Source: Bdellovibrionota bacterium (GTDB lineage Bacteria > Bdellovibrionota_C > UBA2361 > JBIKUX01). Taken from it: 60,139 nucleotides of DNA. The notes beneath the pieces are model-generated. The model saw only the letters and a program-made list of their open reading frames with translations. It had not been told where the DNA came from and did not search any database. The position numbers were made by a program, and so were the translations under genes. The stretch lies in NCBI GenBank assembly GCA_044347345.1, contig JBIKUX010000017.1:1-60139 (forward strand), written 5' to 3'. Position 1 is the stretch's first letter. Each line of letters opens with the position of its first letter. Positions 39,235 to 48,876 of this stretch are shown in pieces.

Positions 39235-40319
39235 CTAAGATGACGAGTATAACTGAGTTTAACAGAGCTGAGTCTGAGAAGTTGCCTCTTCTTGTTAAAG
39301 TATGTCGTGGTGAAGCAGTTGCAAGACCTCCAATCTGGATGATGCGACAAGCTGGCCGTTATTTACCTGAGTATCAGGCTATTCGGGCGAAACACTCGAT
39401 GCTCGATGCTATTCGTACGCCTGATCTTGCGGTAGAAATCACTCTTCAGCCTATTCGCAGATTTGGTATGGATGCCGCAATAATTTTTGCTGATATTCTT
39501 AATCCTCTCATAGGGCTCGGTTTTCCGCTTGTATTTGAGGAAAAACGTGGGCCAATTTTTCAGAAAAAAATAGAAAGAGCAGAAGATGCCTTCAACCTAA
39601 TTGTACCATCAGTTGAGGAGAATGTTGGATATACCTTGACAGCACTTAAAATATTGAAACAAGAGTTATCCTCGAGCGGACGAGCTTTAATTGGTTTCTC
39701 AGGGGCTCCTTTTACATTGTCTTATTATTTAATCGAAGGTGAAGGTAAACATGAGGGGATCAAGACTAAAAAATTTATGCGTGAATATCCTCAAGCTTGG
39801 CGGGCATTGCAAGATTCGTTAGTCCATCTCGTCTCAGATTATTTGATTGCTCAAGTTAATTCAGGATCAGATGTCGTTCAAATTTTTGATTCTTGGGCTT
39901 GGTGTTTATCGCCGAGTGATTATCTCCGTGATGTGTTTCCATATTTAAAACAGATTGTAAATAATGTCAGGCGGGCGGTTTCTACGCATATTATCTACTT
40001 TGCTCCTGCTGCGAGGGGATTAGATTCGGTGTTACCGCTACTTGGAGCAGATATGTTAGGGGTAGATTGGCGAATTTCTTTGCTTGAGGTAAATGATCGA
40101 TTGGGCCGAGTCTTACCTTTGCAAGGTAATCTTGACCCTTCAGCCCTTTTTGGGCCGATTGATTATGTAGAACGCGAGGTTATTAGGATTCTTGATGAAG
40201 GAGGTCGCGTCCCGGGACATTGCTTTAATCTTGGTCACGGAGTGTTACCAAATACTCCTCCTGATACTGTAGCTCGAGTGGTAGAATGGGTACAGCAGTA
40301 CAAATATATTTCGGATTAG
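39231..40319 (+). CDS. hemE: Uroporphyrinogen decarboxylase
   Basis: PIWMMRQAGRYLPEY, IIFADIL, IGFSGAPFTL, QIFDSW, QGNLDP, FNLGHG. Confidence 0.97.
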   Translation: MTKMTSITEFNRAESEKLPLLVKVCRGEAVARPPIWMMRQAGRYLPEYQAIRAKHSMLDAIRTPDLAVEITLQPIRRFGMDAAIIFADILNPLIGLGFPLVFEEKRGPIFQKKIERAEDAFNLIVPSVEENVGYTLTALKILKQELSSSGRALIGFSGAPFTLSYYLIEGEGKHEGIKTKKFMREYPQAWRALQDSLVHLVSDYLIAQVNSGSDVVQIFDSWAWCLSPSDYLRDVFPYLKQIVNNVRRAVSTHIIYFAPAARGLDSVLPLLGADMLGVDWRISLLEVNDRLGRVLPLQGNLDPSALFGPIDYVEREVIRILDEGGRVPGHCFNLGHGVLPNTPPDTVARVVEWVQQYKYISD

Positions 40320-40409
40320 CGTGGCTATAAGCAATAACTTTCTGTGAAAAAATATCAGTGTGAAGAATCTCTGTTATAACGTGATAAAACGCAGAAGGAA
40401 TATTTTTTT

Positions 40410-41330
40410 ATGATTCACACAGTAGGTATTATTGCCCTGGTTAGCTATTTCCTCGCTTGCGTATTTGGAATTTTTGCAATCATTAGGCACATTTCACCAA
40501 GAGTAGTTCCAGAGATCGGTGACCAGGTTTCTAACGAGAGCAGGTTTACTGCGAGCCGTTTCAGTTTAATTAGGAACCGTCGAGTATCCCGTTTTTTTAT
40601 TGCAGCTAATATCTCTCAGCTATGTGGTTTAGTAGCTACTACTTTGCTGTGTGCCCTTTTATGGTTTACGACTAATAATATCAATCCTACTCAGTATTTT
40701 TTATGGATAGTCGTATTATTTGAGATATTAATAAGAGCCCTTAAACTTAACTTTCCGATGATTAATCTTGGAGGAGCGGTATTTACCACCGTAATTCTTT
40801 TGGGTTCCTCAACCCTACTTCATGTTCAATTTGGTAACACTTCTCCAGAACCGTTTGTAGTAATTACGCACGTTTTACCGGCTTTGTTTGGTTTTGCTTG
40901 TGTGTTTGGAATTTTTCTGGTTAGCATACTTTTTCTCTTTCAATATCGACTTTTAAAGCGAAAAAAGCTTCCTGATCTTTCCCTTCAAACCGCCCCTGGA
41001 CTTGCTCGGCTAGAATCTGCACATAATTTAATGACGGCATTTGGTGTAGCTTCCTTTACATTAGCTATTTTGATTGGAGCTTTAGTCCTTCCGCCTTCCG
41101 GTAGGACTCTAAGTTGGTGGTTTGACACTTCAATAATGAGCACAGCTTTGGCTTGGATTATGCTTTTGGTGTTACTTCAGTTGCGATATGTTGCAGCTCC
41201 TATGAGATATCTTGCATTGGTAACAGTCATAGGAAGTGGAGTCTTAACATTGACGGTTTTTGGGATCGGTCTGTTGAGAGACGATGCTTCATCTGCCCAC
41301 ATTGTATGCTTAGGGTGCGAAAAGAGTTAA
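40410..41330 (+). CDS. CcsA/HemX-like cytochrome c assembly family membrane protein
   Basis: About 8 TMs, THV, FQYRLLKRKK, LARLE. Directly upstream of hemA, a common pairing. Confidence 0.7.
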   Translation: MIHTVGIIALVSYFLACVFGIFAIIRHISPRVVPEIGDQVSNESRFTASRFSLIRNRRVSRFFIAANISQLCGLVATTLLCALLWFTTNNINPTQYFLWIVVLFEILIRALKLNFPMINLGGAVFTTVILLGSSTLLHVQFGNTSPEPFVVITHVLPALFGFACVFGIFLVSILFLFQYRLLKRKKLPDLSLQTAPGLARLESAHNLMTAFGVASFTLAILIGALVLPPSGRTLSWWFDTSIMSTALAWIMLLVLLQLRYVAAPMRYLALVTVIGSGVLTLTVFGIGLLRDDASSAHIVCLGCEKS

Positions 41331-41331
41331 G

Positions 41332-42591
41332 ATGATAGAAACGGAAAGTGCCTCATCATCATCCTTTCCAGTGTGTCATCTAGTAGGTGTAAGTCATGCT
41401 ACCCTTCGATTAGATGACCGAGAAAAAGTGGGTAAAATTACCCGTGATACTGATACTCTTCTGAAATTTCTGCGGGATCGCATCACAGTTTCTGGATTAG
41501 TTGTCTTAAGTACTTGTAATCGAGTTGAACTGGTACTTACAAGTTTAGCTAATTCAGACGAGATTATTGCTGCCATTAATGCGTTCATTCAAATCAATAT
41601 TCCTGCTTCTGCAATGTATCACCATGTAGGAGAGGAGGCAGTAAGGCATCTTTTTCGAGTAGCATCTAGTCTTGATTCATTAGTTGTTGGTGAGGCGCAA
41701 ATTCTTGGTCAGGTCAAAGATGCTTACGCTGACGCGTGTCGTCGTAATGCTGTAGATAAAACTCTACATTTTGTCTTCCAATTTGCTTTTCGTATTGCAA
41801 AGCGAGTACGAGATAGTACCGGTATTGCCGCTCACGGAGTATCCATTAGTTATGTTGCTGTACAGCTAGCACAGCAGATAGTGGGTGACCTATCCAAGGC
41901 ATCAGTGCTCGTGCTTGGTAGTGGTAGGATGGCAGAATTATGCACTCTTCATTTTTATTCTAGGGGTTGTCGAAAAATAACTATCGCCAATCGCACCATA
42001 GAGAATGCGGCTGATTTAGCTCGTCGTGTACACGGAACTGCCGCCTCGCTTGGTGATGTTGGTCACCTCATTGGTAGTGCTGATATTGTTGTTGGGGCTC
42101 TGACTATTGATTCTCCTATTTTGTTTGAGAGAATGATTGCACAAAGAAATTCCGGGAAACTACTGTTTTTAATTGATCTAGGAGTCCCTCGTAATTTTCA
42201 GGTTAGCCTAGGAAAGTTATCGGATGTTTTTCTCTATTCTATTGATGATTTGAGCAATATTATTGATGAAAATAAGAGTTTTCGTGAAGAGTCAGCTCGT
42301 GATGCAGAGGTGGTGATTGAGTATGGAGTATATCGATTTAAGCGATGGTTGATTAAATTGGCGCAAGAACCTGGTCGCCTCAGTATGCGTGCATTGGTAG
42401 CGCGAGCTTGTTCTCAAGTTTTTGATGAAATTAAAGACATAGACCAAAGTAAAATTGATTCTTTAAGTAATCGTATTGCCCATGATTTATTAAATTATTT
42501 TAATTTCTCAGCTGATGGTTCAGTTAAACTGGAGTCTGTGCTGGCCGTACTTTTGGATGATTATCTATGGAGTAAGTTAGAGATAAGCTAA
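41332..42591 (+). CDS. hemA: Glutamyl-tRNA reductase
   Basis: VGVSH, STCNRVE, SLDSLVVGEAQILGQVK, GSGRM, ANRT, DLGVPRN. Confidence 0.95.
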   Translation: MIETESASSSSFPVCHLVGVSHATLRLDDREKVGKITRDTDTLLKFLRDRITVSGLVVLSTCNRVELVLTSLANSDEIIAAINAFIQINIPASAMYHHVGEEAVRHLFRVASSLDSLVVGEAQILGQVKDAYADACRRNAVDKTLHFVFQFAFRIAKRVRDSTGIAAHGVSISYVAVQLAQQIVGDLSKASVLVLGSGRMAELCTLHFYSRGCRKITIANRTIENAADLARRVHGTAASLGDVGHLIGSADIVVGALTIDSPILFERMIAQRNSGKLLFLIDLGVPRNFQVSLGKLSDVFLYSIDDLSNIIDENKSFREESARDAEVVIEYGVYRFKRWLIKLAQEPGRLSMRALVARACSQVFDEIKDIDQSKIDSLSNRIAHDLLNYFNFSADGSVKLESVLAVLLDDYLWSKLEIS

Positions 42592-42623
42592 CAGCTTTTT
42601 GTGTAAGTGACTATTAAATGATT

Positions 42624-43337
42624 TTAAGTGGTAAGTAGGAACGGAACTATAAGTTCCTTAATCTTTGCAGTTAATCTTTCTGTATCATCAGTAGCGTCTA
42701 CTACAGTTAGATTCATTTCGTCAATATGCTCACTTAAAAGTGTGCGCATCTGCAAATAGTTATAAATTATGTTGTTGTAAGGGGATAGTTGAGAGTTTTG
42801 TAGTAGATTATAACATTGAGATCCCGTCAGTTCTTCCTGTCGTATCAGCCCTCCGTATTGTAGTACTATTCGCTTGGTTATAATCTCTGGAGGAGCGTCA
42901 AGAATAATTGTTTGACTTGGTTTTATAGCTATTGAAAAAAGTGAGTGTAACCAATCTGGGTTGGCACCCATTAGTAAAGATTGAACATATAGTGAATAAT
43001 AATATCTGTCGCATAAGACGGTAAATCCCGCCATAAGATTGGGTAAAATACTTTTTTCGATTAGTTCTATTACATTACTCAGTGCAAGTAATGATATTGT
43101 ACGTGCTCCAACAGATTTTGTGGCTCCTTTTGTAAATAATTTATTTACGTCTTCACTAATTTCACCGCAACTAGCAAGCGAGCAAACTCGAACTGGAATA
43201 CCATGATCTAACAGAATACTCTCAAGTCTGCGCACTTGAGTTGTAACTCCTACTCCTTTTAGTCCGTCGATAACTATTAATCGTTCTGTGGTAGGAGACT
43301 TATTTGTTAATGGATCATTTGAAAAAGTTTGGTTCAT
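42624..43337 (-). CDS. Thymidylate-kinase-like protein with degenerate P-loop (candidate regulatory subunit)
   Basis: IDGLKGVGVTTQ lacks the Walker A Lys. LCDRYYYS is retained. Lies 5 bp downstream of the other Tmk-like gene. Confidence 0.75.
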   Translation of the reverse strand: MNQTFSNDPLTNKSPTTERLIVIDGLKGVGVTTQVRRLESILLDHGIPVRVCSLASCGEISEDVNKLFTKGATKSVGARTISLLALSNVIELIEKSILPNLMAGFTVLCDRYYYSLYVQSLLMGANPDWLHSLFSIAIKPSQTIILDAPPEIITKRIVLQYGGLIRQEELTGSQCYNLLQNSQLSPYNNIIYNYLQMRTLLSEHIDEMNLTVVDATDDTERLTAKIKELIVPFLLTT

Positions 43338-43342
43338 GTTAC

Positions 43343-44005
43343 TTAAACCCCCTTAAGTCTAAATATATTACTCAAAGCGGCTCGAAAAAGATTTTGTTGT
43401 TCTTTTGGCGGAAGAGTTGCGTCAATTTGGTTCAGTGAATACTCCGATATTACTCGGTCATATTCATCAGACACTTTTTTTTGAAAAAGAGAAAAGCTTT
43501 CTATACGGTCGGCCGATAAGTTTAGGTCCATTCCAGCTTCGTACCATTTAGGGCGACTGCGTCTGCCTAAAACTCTTTGTTGAGCGATATTTTGTGGGAC
43601 GCGGAAATAGATAGTTAAGTCTGGATAGCATGCAAATGAATATAGTTTTTTAACCCAGGCTGGATCGCAGCCCCGCGCCACATCCCTGACAAAAGCGGTG
43701 AAGATGTACCTATCACACAGAACGATACCTCCAGTTTGTAGGACTGGATGAATGATACGATCGTATCTTTCAGCAAAATCGGCACAATGAAGTGTGGAAA
43801 ACAAGTTAGGGCTCAGTCTCTTAGCTTTTTTTTCTCGACGAATAATCTCTCGAAGAACAGGGGAAGAATTCCATTCAGTAAGCACTACGCAAGAATACTT
43901 TTGAGTTAGCCACTGGTACAGTAAAGAGAGTTGTGTTGATTTGCCAGACCCATCAAGACCCTCTACTGCAACTAGCACTCCAGAATGGGATTGTGTGATG
44001 ACCAT
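43343..44005 (-). CDS. Thymidylate-kinase-like protein (candidate catalytic polyphosphate kinase subunit)
   Basis: VEGLDGSGKSTQ, TEWNSS, LCDRYIFTAFVRDVARG, WYEAGMD. Confidence 0.8.
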   Translation of the reverse strand: MVITQSHSGVLVAVEGLDGSGKSTQLSLLYQWLTQKYSCVVLTEWNSSPVLREIIRREKKAKRLSPNLFSTLHCADFAERYDRIIHPVLQTGGIVLCDRYIFTAFVRDVARGCDPAWVKKLYSFACYPDLTIYFRVPQNIAQQRVLGRRSRPKWYEAGMDLNLSADRIESFSLFQKKVSDEYDRVISEYSLNQIDATLPPKEQQNLFRAALSNIFRLKGV

Positions 44006-44077
44006 TTTTTATTGACTTTTACTACTTACTGTTTAGATGTTGATTCATGGGTAATTTGATGCTCTGTAACTTTTTGA

Positions 44078-45634
44078 TTAGGCTATAGTCTGAACATTTA
44101 AAGAAACTCCAAAAACCTCCTCAAATAACGATTTTTTCCTGTGGATAGCCCACTCTTCAATCCCTGTGTCTAGAGAAGAAAATAACTGAAGAGTCACGAG
44201 CTCTCCATTTTTGTCTAATTTTAAGTCTTGTATTTTTGACTCATGATCGCGATCGCAAGCATCTGCGATGCGTAATATGGATGAAAGAGTGCGAACACGT
44301 TCTTTGTTAGTTTCTGAGAGAGAGCGAAACTCGACATGTTTTTGTGAGGGCTTGGCTTTACGGTGATATCGAGCAATTAGTGAAATAAGGCTTTTTTGTT
44401 GTTCTGATAAACCAAAAAAAGGGGAGGCGGCAATTAGGTATTGGGAATGTTTATGATGCCCATCAGCATGAACACAATATCCAATGTCATGGAGAATACC
44501 GGCTAATTCAAGAATTGTTCGGTCTTCTTCATTTTTTGTGAGCATCGTGTGGTCAACAAGTAAGTCATAAAGTTTACCTGCGAGCTTTGCGACTGTAGTT
44601 CCGTGTGATTCATTAAAGTGATACCTCCGCCCGAGTTCTACAGCAAAAATGCGTAGTTGGGAAGTACTAACATGAAAAACTAAAGTCTCTCTAGTGTTGC
44701 GAGCTAGCTCAAATAGCACTCCTTCGCGTAGTCCAATTTTAGGAAGCAACACTTTATCAATCTGAAGAGATTGAACTAGATTATCCACCATTATAACAGC
44801 GGGGACGATAACGTCGGCTCGATCTTTTCGCAATTGAAGTTTATTTATACGCTCTACAAGTGGAGATTTTAATATCTTGTGTTTAAGGATGGTTAGTTCC
44901 TCAGAGGAAATTTCTGATGAAGTGTGATTACCCAGAAGTGAGACTTTTAGTTGGCCTAGTGATTCTAAACTTCCCCCTGTTCCTATGAGGCAGGTAATTG
45001 CACGGCCATGTAACTCAGAAATAATCACTCCTATGTGTCTAGTAGTAAATTGTCGAATAACCCTTTCGACAAGCCGTACAGCTCTGCTCTCTTCTTCGGG
45101 AGTTTGACCTGTTCGACCGTTTAGTAAAGACAGCAGGCGCACTCCACCCACCTTAACGGAGTGGCTCGATAAGATCTGTCCTCCGTCACAAAGAGACACT
45201 TCAACGCTTCCACCTCCTATGTCTACTAAGAGCGATAGGATCCCATTGAGTGAAATCTCATGAGCTATTGCAACTTGTACAAGTCGGGCTTCTTCAATAC
45301 CTTGAATGACCTCAACAGAGATGCCTGTAGCCGCTTCGATTTGGAGTAGTACCTCGTATTGATTTGTCGCCTCGCGCATAGCACTCGTAGCTACGATACG
45401 ACTCGCCTTTACTTTAAAGCGATTTGTTTCATCAATAAATTCTTTTAATGCATGAATAAGAGCTTTTATCTTTTCGGGTGGAATGGCTCCATCGCCTAAA
45501 AATACTTCTTCGCCTAATCGAAGAGGAGCTCTTCCTCTGGATACTATGGAAAAACCTCGAGTTAAGTTAGGTTCACCGATAGACCAGCGAAGAGCATTTG
45601 AGCCTATATCAACGACTCCAAATAGATTGCCCAT
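44078..45634 (-). CDS. ppx: Exopolyphosphatase/GppA with C-terminal HD domain
   Basis: DIGSNA, ATSAMREA, EEARL, DIGGGSVE, RADVI, GLREG, LHDIG, HHKHS, RYHRK. Confidence 0.93.
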   Translation of the reverse strand: MGNLFGVVDIGSNALRWSIGEPNLTRGFSIVSRGRAPLRLGEEVFLGDGAIPPEKIKALIHALKEFIDETNRFKVKASRIVATSAMREATNQYEVLLQIEAATGISVEVIQGIEEARLVQVAIAHEISLNGILSLLVDIGGGSVEVSLCDGGQILSSHSVKVGGVRLLSLLNGRTGQTPEEESRAVRLVERVIRQFTTRHIGVIISELHGRAITCLIGTGGSLESLGQLKVSLLGNHTSSEISSEELTILKHKILKSPLVERINKLQLRKDRADVIVPAVIMVDNLVQSLQIDKVLLPKIGLREGVLFELARNTRETLVFHVSTSQLRIFAVELGRRYHFNESHGTTVAKLAGKLYDLLVDHTMLTKNEEDRTILELAGILHDIGYCVHADGHHKHSQYLIAASPFFGLSEQQKSLISLIARYHRKAKPSQKHVEFRSLSETNKERVRTLSSILRIADACDRDHESKIQDLKLDKNGELVTLQLFSSLDTGIEEWAIHRKKSLFEEVFGVSLNVQTIA

Positions 45635-45689
45635 GGATAAATACAGCTCCTTTCCCGTTCGGCAGTTATGGTATGGTTACATATAAAGA

Positions 45690-46820
45690 TTAATCTAAAC
45701 GAAAATCTTCAGCACTAATTGAACTTACATTATGGGCAGGGTTGAATTCTTTATCTGGTTCTGACGATAGTTGGATACGGAGTTTGAGATTGTGGGCACT
45801 GTCTGCATTTCGCAGTGCTTCATCAACTGATATCTTTCCCGAACAATATATTTCAAAAATTGAGCTATCAAATGTACGCATGCCTAAATTATGCGATTTT
45901 TCCATAGTTTCTTTCAACTCATGAATTTCTCCTTTTAGGATTAAATCTCTAACACGCGGACTATCTAGTAAAAGCTCGTAAGCAGGTATTCTTGAGCCAT
46001 CTGTTGTCGCTATTAGTCTTTGGCTAAATATAGCTCGAAGGTTCATACTGAGTTGAAGATAAATCTGGGGATGGCGCTCCACGGGGAAAAAATTTAGTAT
46101 TCGCTCCATGGCTTGACTTGCATTCGTACTGTGTAGAGTTGCAAGACACAAATGTCCCGTCTCAGCAAATTGCATGGCACATTCCATGGTAAGAGTATCT
46201 CTTATTTCTCCTATAAGAATTACGTCGGGTGCTTGGCGAAGGCAGTTTTTTAGTGCCTGATGAAATCCTGAGGTGTCAATACCAACTTCTCTCTGTGTGA
46301 TGACGGAACGCTTGTGACTGTGGATAAATTCAATTGGATCTTCTACAGATATTATGTGACCAGAATTAAAAGTATTTCGGTGGTCAATCATAGCAGCTAG
46401 GGTCGTCGACTTACCCATACCTGTTGCCCCGACCAGAAGTACCAAGCCTCGCTTGATCATTACAATGTCTTTAAGGATGTTTGGAAGACCAAGCATTTCT
46501 AAGCTAGGAATTTCTGTTTTAACCCGTCGAATCACTAAGGCGTGAGAGCCACGTTGTTTTAGTACATTTACCCTAAATCTACTTAACTGCTCAAAATTTA
46601 GTGCTATATTTAATTCTTGTTCACGCTCAAACTCGATTTGTTGTTTCTCGTTTAAAATAGAAAGAGCGATAGATTCTGTATCTGATGGGTTAAATGGTGG
46701 AGCCTCAGCGTTGTGAATAACTCCGTTGACACGATAAGTAGGTGGGCAGCCAACGGTAATATAGAGATCGGAGGCATCATGCTCAATCATAGCGGCAAGG
46801 AGCGAAAAAATATCGGTCAT
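45690..46820 (-). CDS. pilU: Type IV pilus retraction ATPase, PilT/PilU family (PilU-like)
   Basis: ASDLYIT, GATGMGKSTTLAAMID, EDPIE, QREVG, LRQAPDVILIGEIRD, ETGHLCLATLH. Confidence 0.85.
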   Translation of the reverse strand: MTDIFSLLAAMIEHDASDLYITVGCPPTYRVNGVIHNAEAPPFNPSDTESIALSILNEKQQIEFEREQELNIALNFEQLSRFRVNVLKQRGSHALVIRRVKTEIPSLEMLGLPNILKDIVMIKRGLVLLVGATGMGKSTTLAAMIDHRNTFNSGHIISVEDPIEFIHSHKRSVITQREVGIDTSGFHQALKNCLRQAPDVILIGEIRDTLTMECAMQFAETGHLCLATLHSTNASQAMERILNFFPVERHPQIYLQLSMNLRAIFSQRLIATTDGSRIPAYELLLDSPRVRDLILKGEIHELKETMEKSHNLGMRTFDSSIFEIYCSGKISVDEALRNADSAHNLKLRIQLSSEPDKEFNPAHNVSSISAEDFRLD

Positions 46821-47046
46821 ATTGCTCTATATGCACCTTAGAAATTTAGTTGGTTGAATAAAAATTAGATCCTCACTCTTTTTGAGATGCACTAAAAATA
46901 ATCATGGGTGGCAAATGATGTGTAGTAATGCTGTTTGACTGTATTAAGTTTTAAAAATGTTGTGTCGATCGGTGTCGATAGAGCAGTAACAAAGTAAAAA
47001 TTTGAAATTCAGATAGCTATGTATCCTAAAATGACAGGAATTTAAG

Positions 47047-48066
47047 ATGGTTTTTTGGGACAGTATCAAAAATCAACTCCGTTCGGTTATCCAGTGGCAA
47101 AATCCATCCCCTGAACATCTTTTTTGGCGTTGGTCTGACAATGGTGATGAGATAAAAAATGCTAGCAAACTTATTATTGGGCCAGGTCAAGGAGTGATTT
47201 TTGTCTATCAGGGGCAGGTAAGGGTGGTAAGAGATAAGCCCGGCATGCTTAATTTGGAAACAGCTAACATACCTTTTTGGACCACTGTTTCAAAAATAAT
47301 GCAAGGATTTGAGAGTGAACATAAAGTTGGGATATATTTTTTTAAAACAACCACTATTCTTGACCAAAAATGGGGAACTCTCTCTGATATTAAGTATCAA
47401 GATTCTAAAAGTAATTTACCAGTTTCTCTTCGTGCCTTTGGAAATTTTAGTTTTAGAATTGTGAATGCAAATGATTTTTTTACTCACTTTGTGGGTGAGC
47501 AAGATTCTTTTTCTACGAAGTTTTTTCGGTCGGTTATGAATTCTCGGCTTGTTGAACCCCTAACTAGTCATCTTGCGAAGGGTCAATTTCCTTACATCGA
47601 AATAGATGCAAAACGCGAGGAGATATCAAATGAATTGCTAATTTTGCTTGGTAATGAATTTGCAAATTTAGGCCTAAAAATTGAGGATTTTTGTATTGAA
47701 GGCACTGTTTTTTGCGACGATAGCATGCGTCGTATAAATCGAGTAGCAAATTTAGGAGCTGATGTGCAGGCAGCAAGTACTGCTGGGATTAGTTTTGCTC
47801 AGCTGCAGCATCTTGAAGCCATGCGTGATGCAGCTAAAAATGAGAATGGTGGAGCTGGAGTAGGGGTTGGTATCGGGGCAGGGGTAGCTTTGGGGCAAGG
47901 GATGGTTCCGATAGTTCAAGGAGTAAGCTCTCATGAAGAAGTAAAATCAACAATCAAAGGTACACCAAAGGAACGGTTGCAGCAGTTAAAGGAGATGCTA
48001 GAAGAAGGTCCTATTAATGACTCTGACTTTAACTCGCGAAAAGCGGAGATATTGGCTGAAATTTGA
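47047..48066 (+). CDS. SPFH (band 7, YdjI-like) domain protein with a SHOCT-like C-terminus
   Basis: EIKNASKLIIGPGQ, KWGT, LRAFGNFSF, GAGVGVGIGAG, ERLQQLKEML...FNSRKAEILAEI. Confidence 0.8.
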   Translation: MVFWDSIKNQLRSVIQWQNPSPEHLFWRWSDNGDEIKNASKLIIGPGQGVIFVYQGQVRVVRDKPGMLNLETANIPFWTTVSKIMQGFESEHKVGIYFFKTTTILDQKWGTLSDIKYQDSKSNLPVSLRAFGNFSFRIVNANDFFTHFVGEQDSFSTKFFRSVMNSRLVEPLTSHLAKGQFPYIEIDAKREEISNELLILLGNEFANLGLKIEDFCIEGTVFCDDSMRRINRVANLGADVQAASTAGISFAQLQHLEAMRDAAKNENGGAGVGVGIGAGVALGQGMVPIVQGVSSHEEVKSTIKGTPKERLQQLKEMLEEGPINDSDFNSRKAEILAEI

Positions 48067-48131
48067 TAAGAGATTACAGTTTGGAGAAAATTTCTACGTA
48101 TGTAAGTCTATCAAACTAATTTTAAACATCT

Positions 48132-48796
48132 ATGACTAGCTGCTCTTTTTGTGGTGCCCCGCTTCCTAAGCAAAGTGTTAATTGTATTTATTGCAACAAA
48201 ACTAATGATTTTGACCTAAAAAACTTACCTGAATCTGCAGATATTATCTCACCAGAAGTCCGCAACTGTCCTCAATGTGACACATCTATGACATCAATAG
48301 ATCTGCTTTCAGATGGGCGATTTCTCATCGAACGATGCGCATCATGTTTGGGTATGTTTTTTGATACCCACGAATTGCCAGACTTTCTAAACTCATACCA
48401 ACAAAATGCTCATGAAGGTTCTCATAAAGATAAGTCTTACCTAGGTAAGGACTTAATGAATGAACAGAGACTCAGCGTTAACAGAGGTGAAATATGTGAA
48501 ATGTCCGGTTTGTATGAACGTAATGCACAGGGTCAACTTACTGAATAAAAGTGGGATTATAATAGATAGGTGCTACAGCCACGGAATATGGCTTGCTGCT
48601 GGCAAGTTACAGAGATTGCTTGAGTGGCATGAGGTTACTGGTAAAGATTTAAAGCAAAAAAACATTTTTGATTAGAGCTAATTTTAAAAATACGGGCGAA
48701 ATAAAAACGGTAACCCATGATTCATCTGGCTACACATCTGCAGATGATTTCTTTGAAGATTTAAGCTGGAAAGATATTTTTTATTTTTTCTTTTAA
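48132..48796 (+). pseudogene. Multi zinc-ribbon (zf-TFIIB-like) protein gene split by frameshifts
   Basis: Frame A carries CSFC, CIYC, CPQC and IERCASCLGMFFD. Frame B (48460-48675) continues with CPVC and IDRCYSHGIWL. A third frame after the A7 run at 48656-48662 is open to TAA at 48796. Confidence 0.7.
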
Positions 48797-48876
48797 AATT
48801 TTAATACCGTTTAATTATGGCGATTATATCTTATTAATTTTTGATTTTCTCTGTGATAAATTTAAATTATGTCGGA

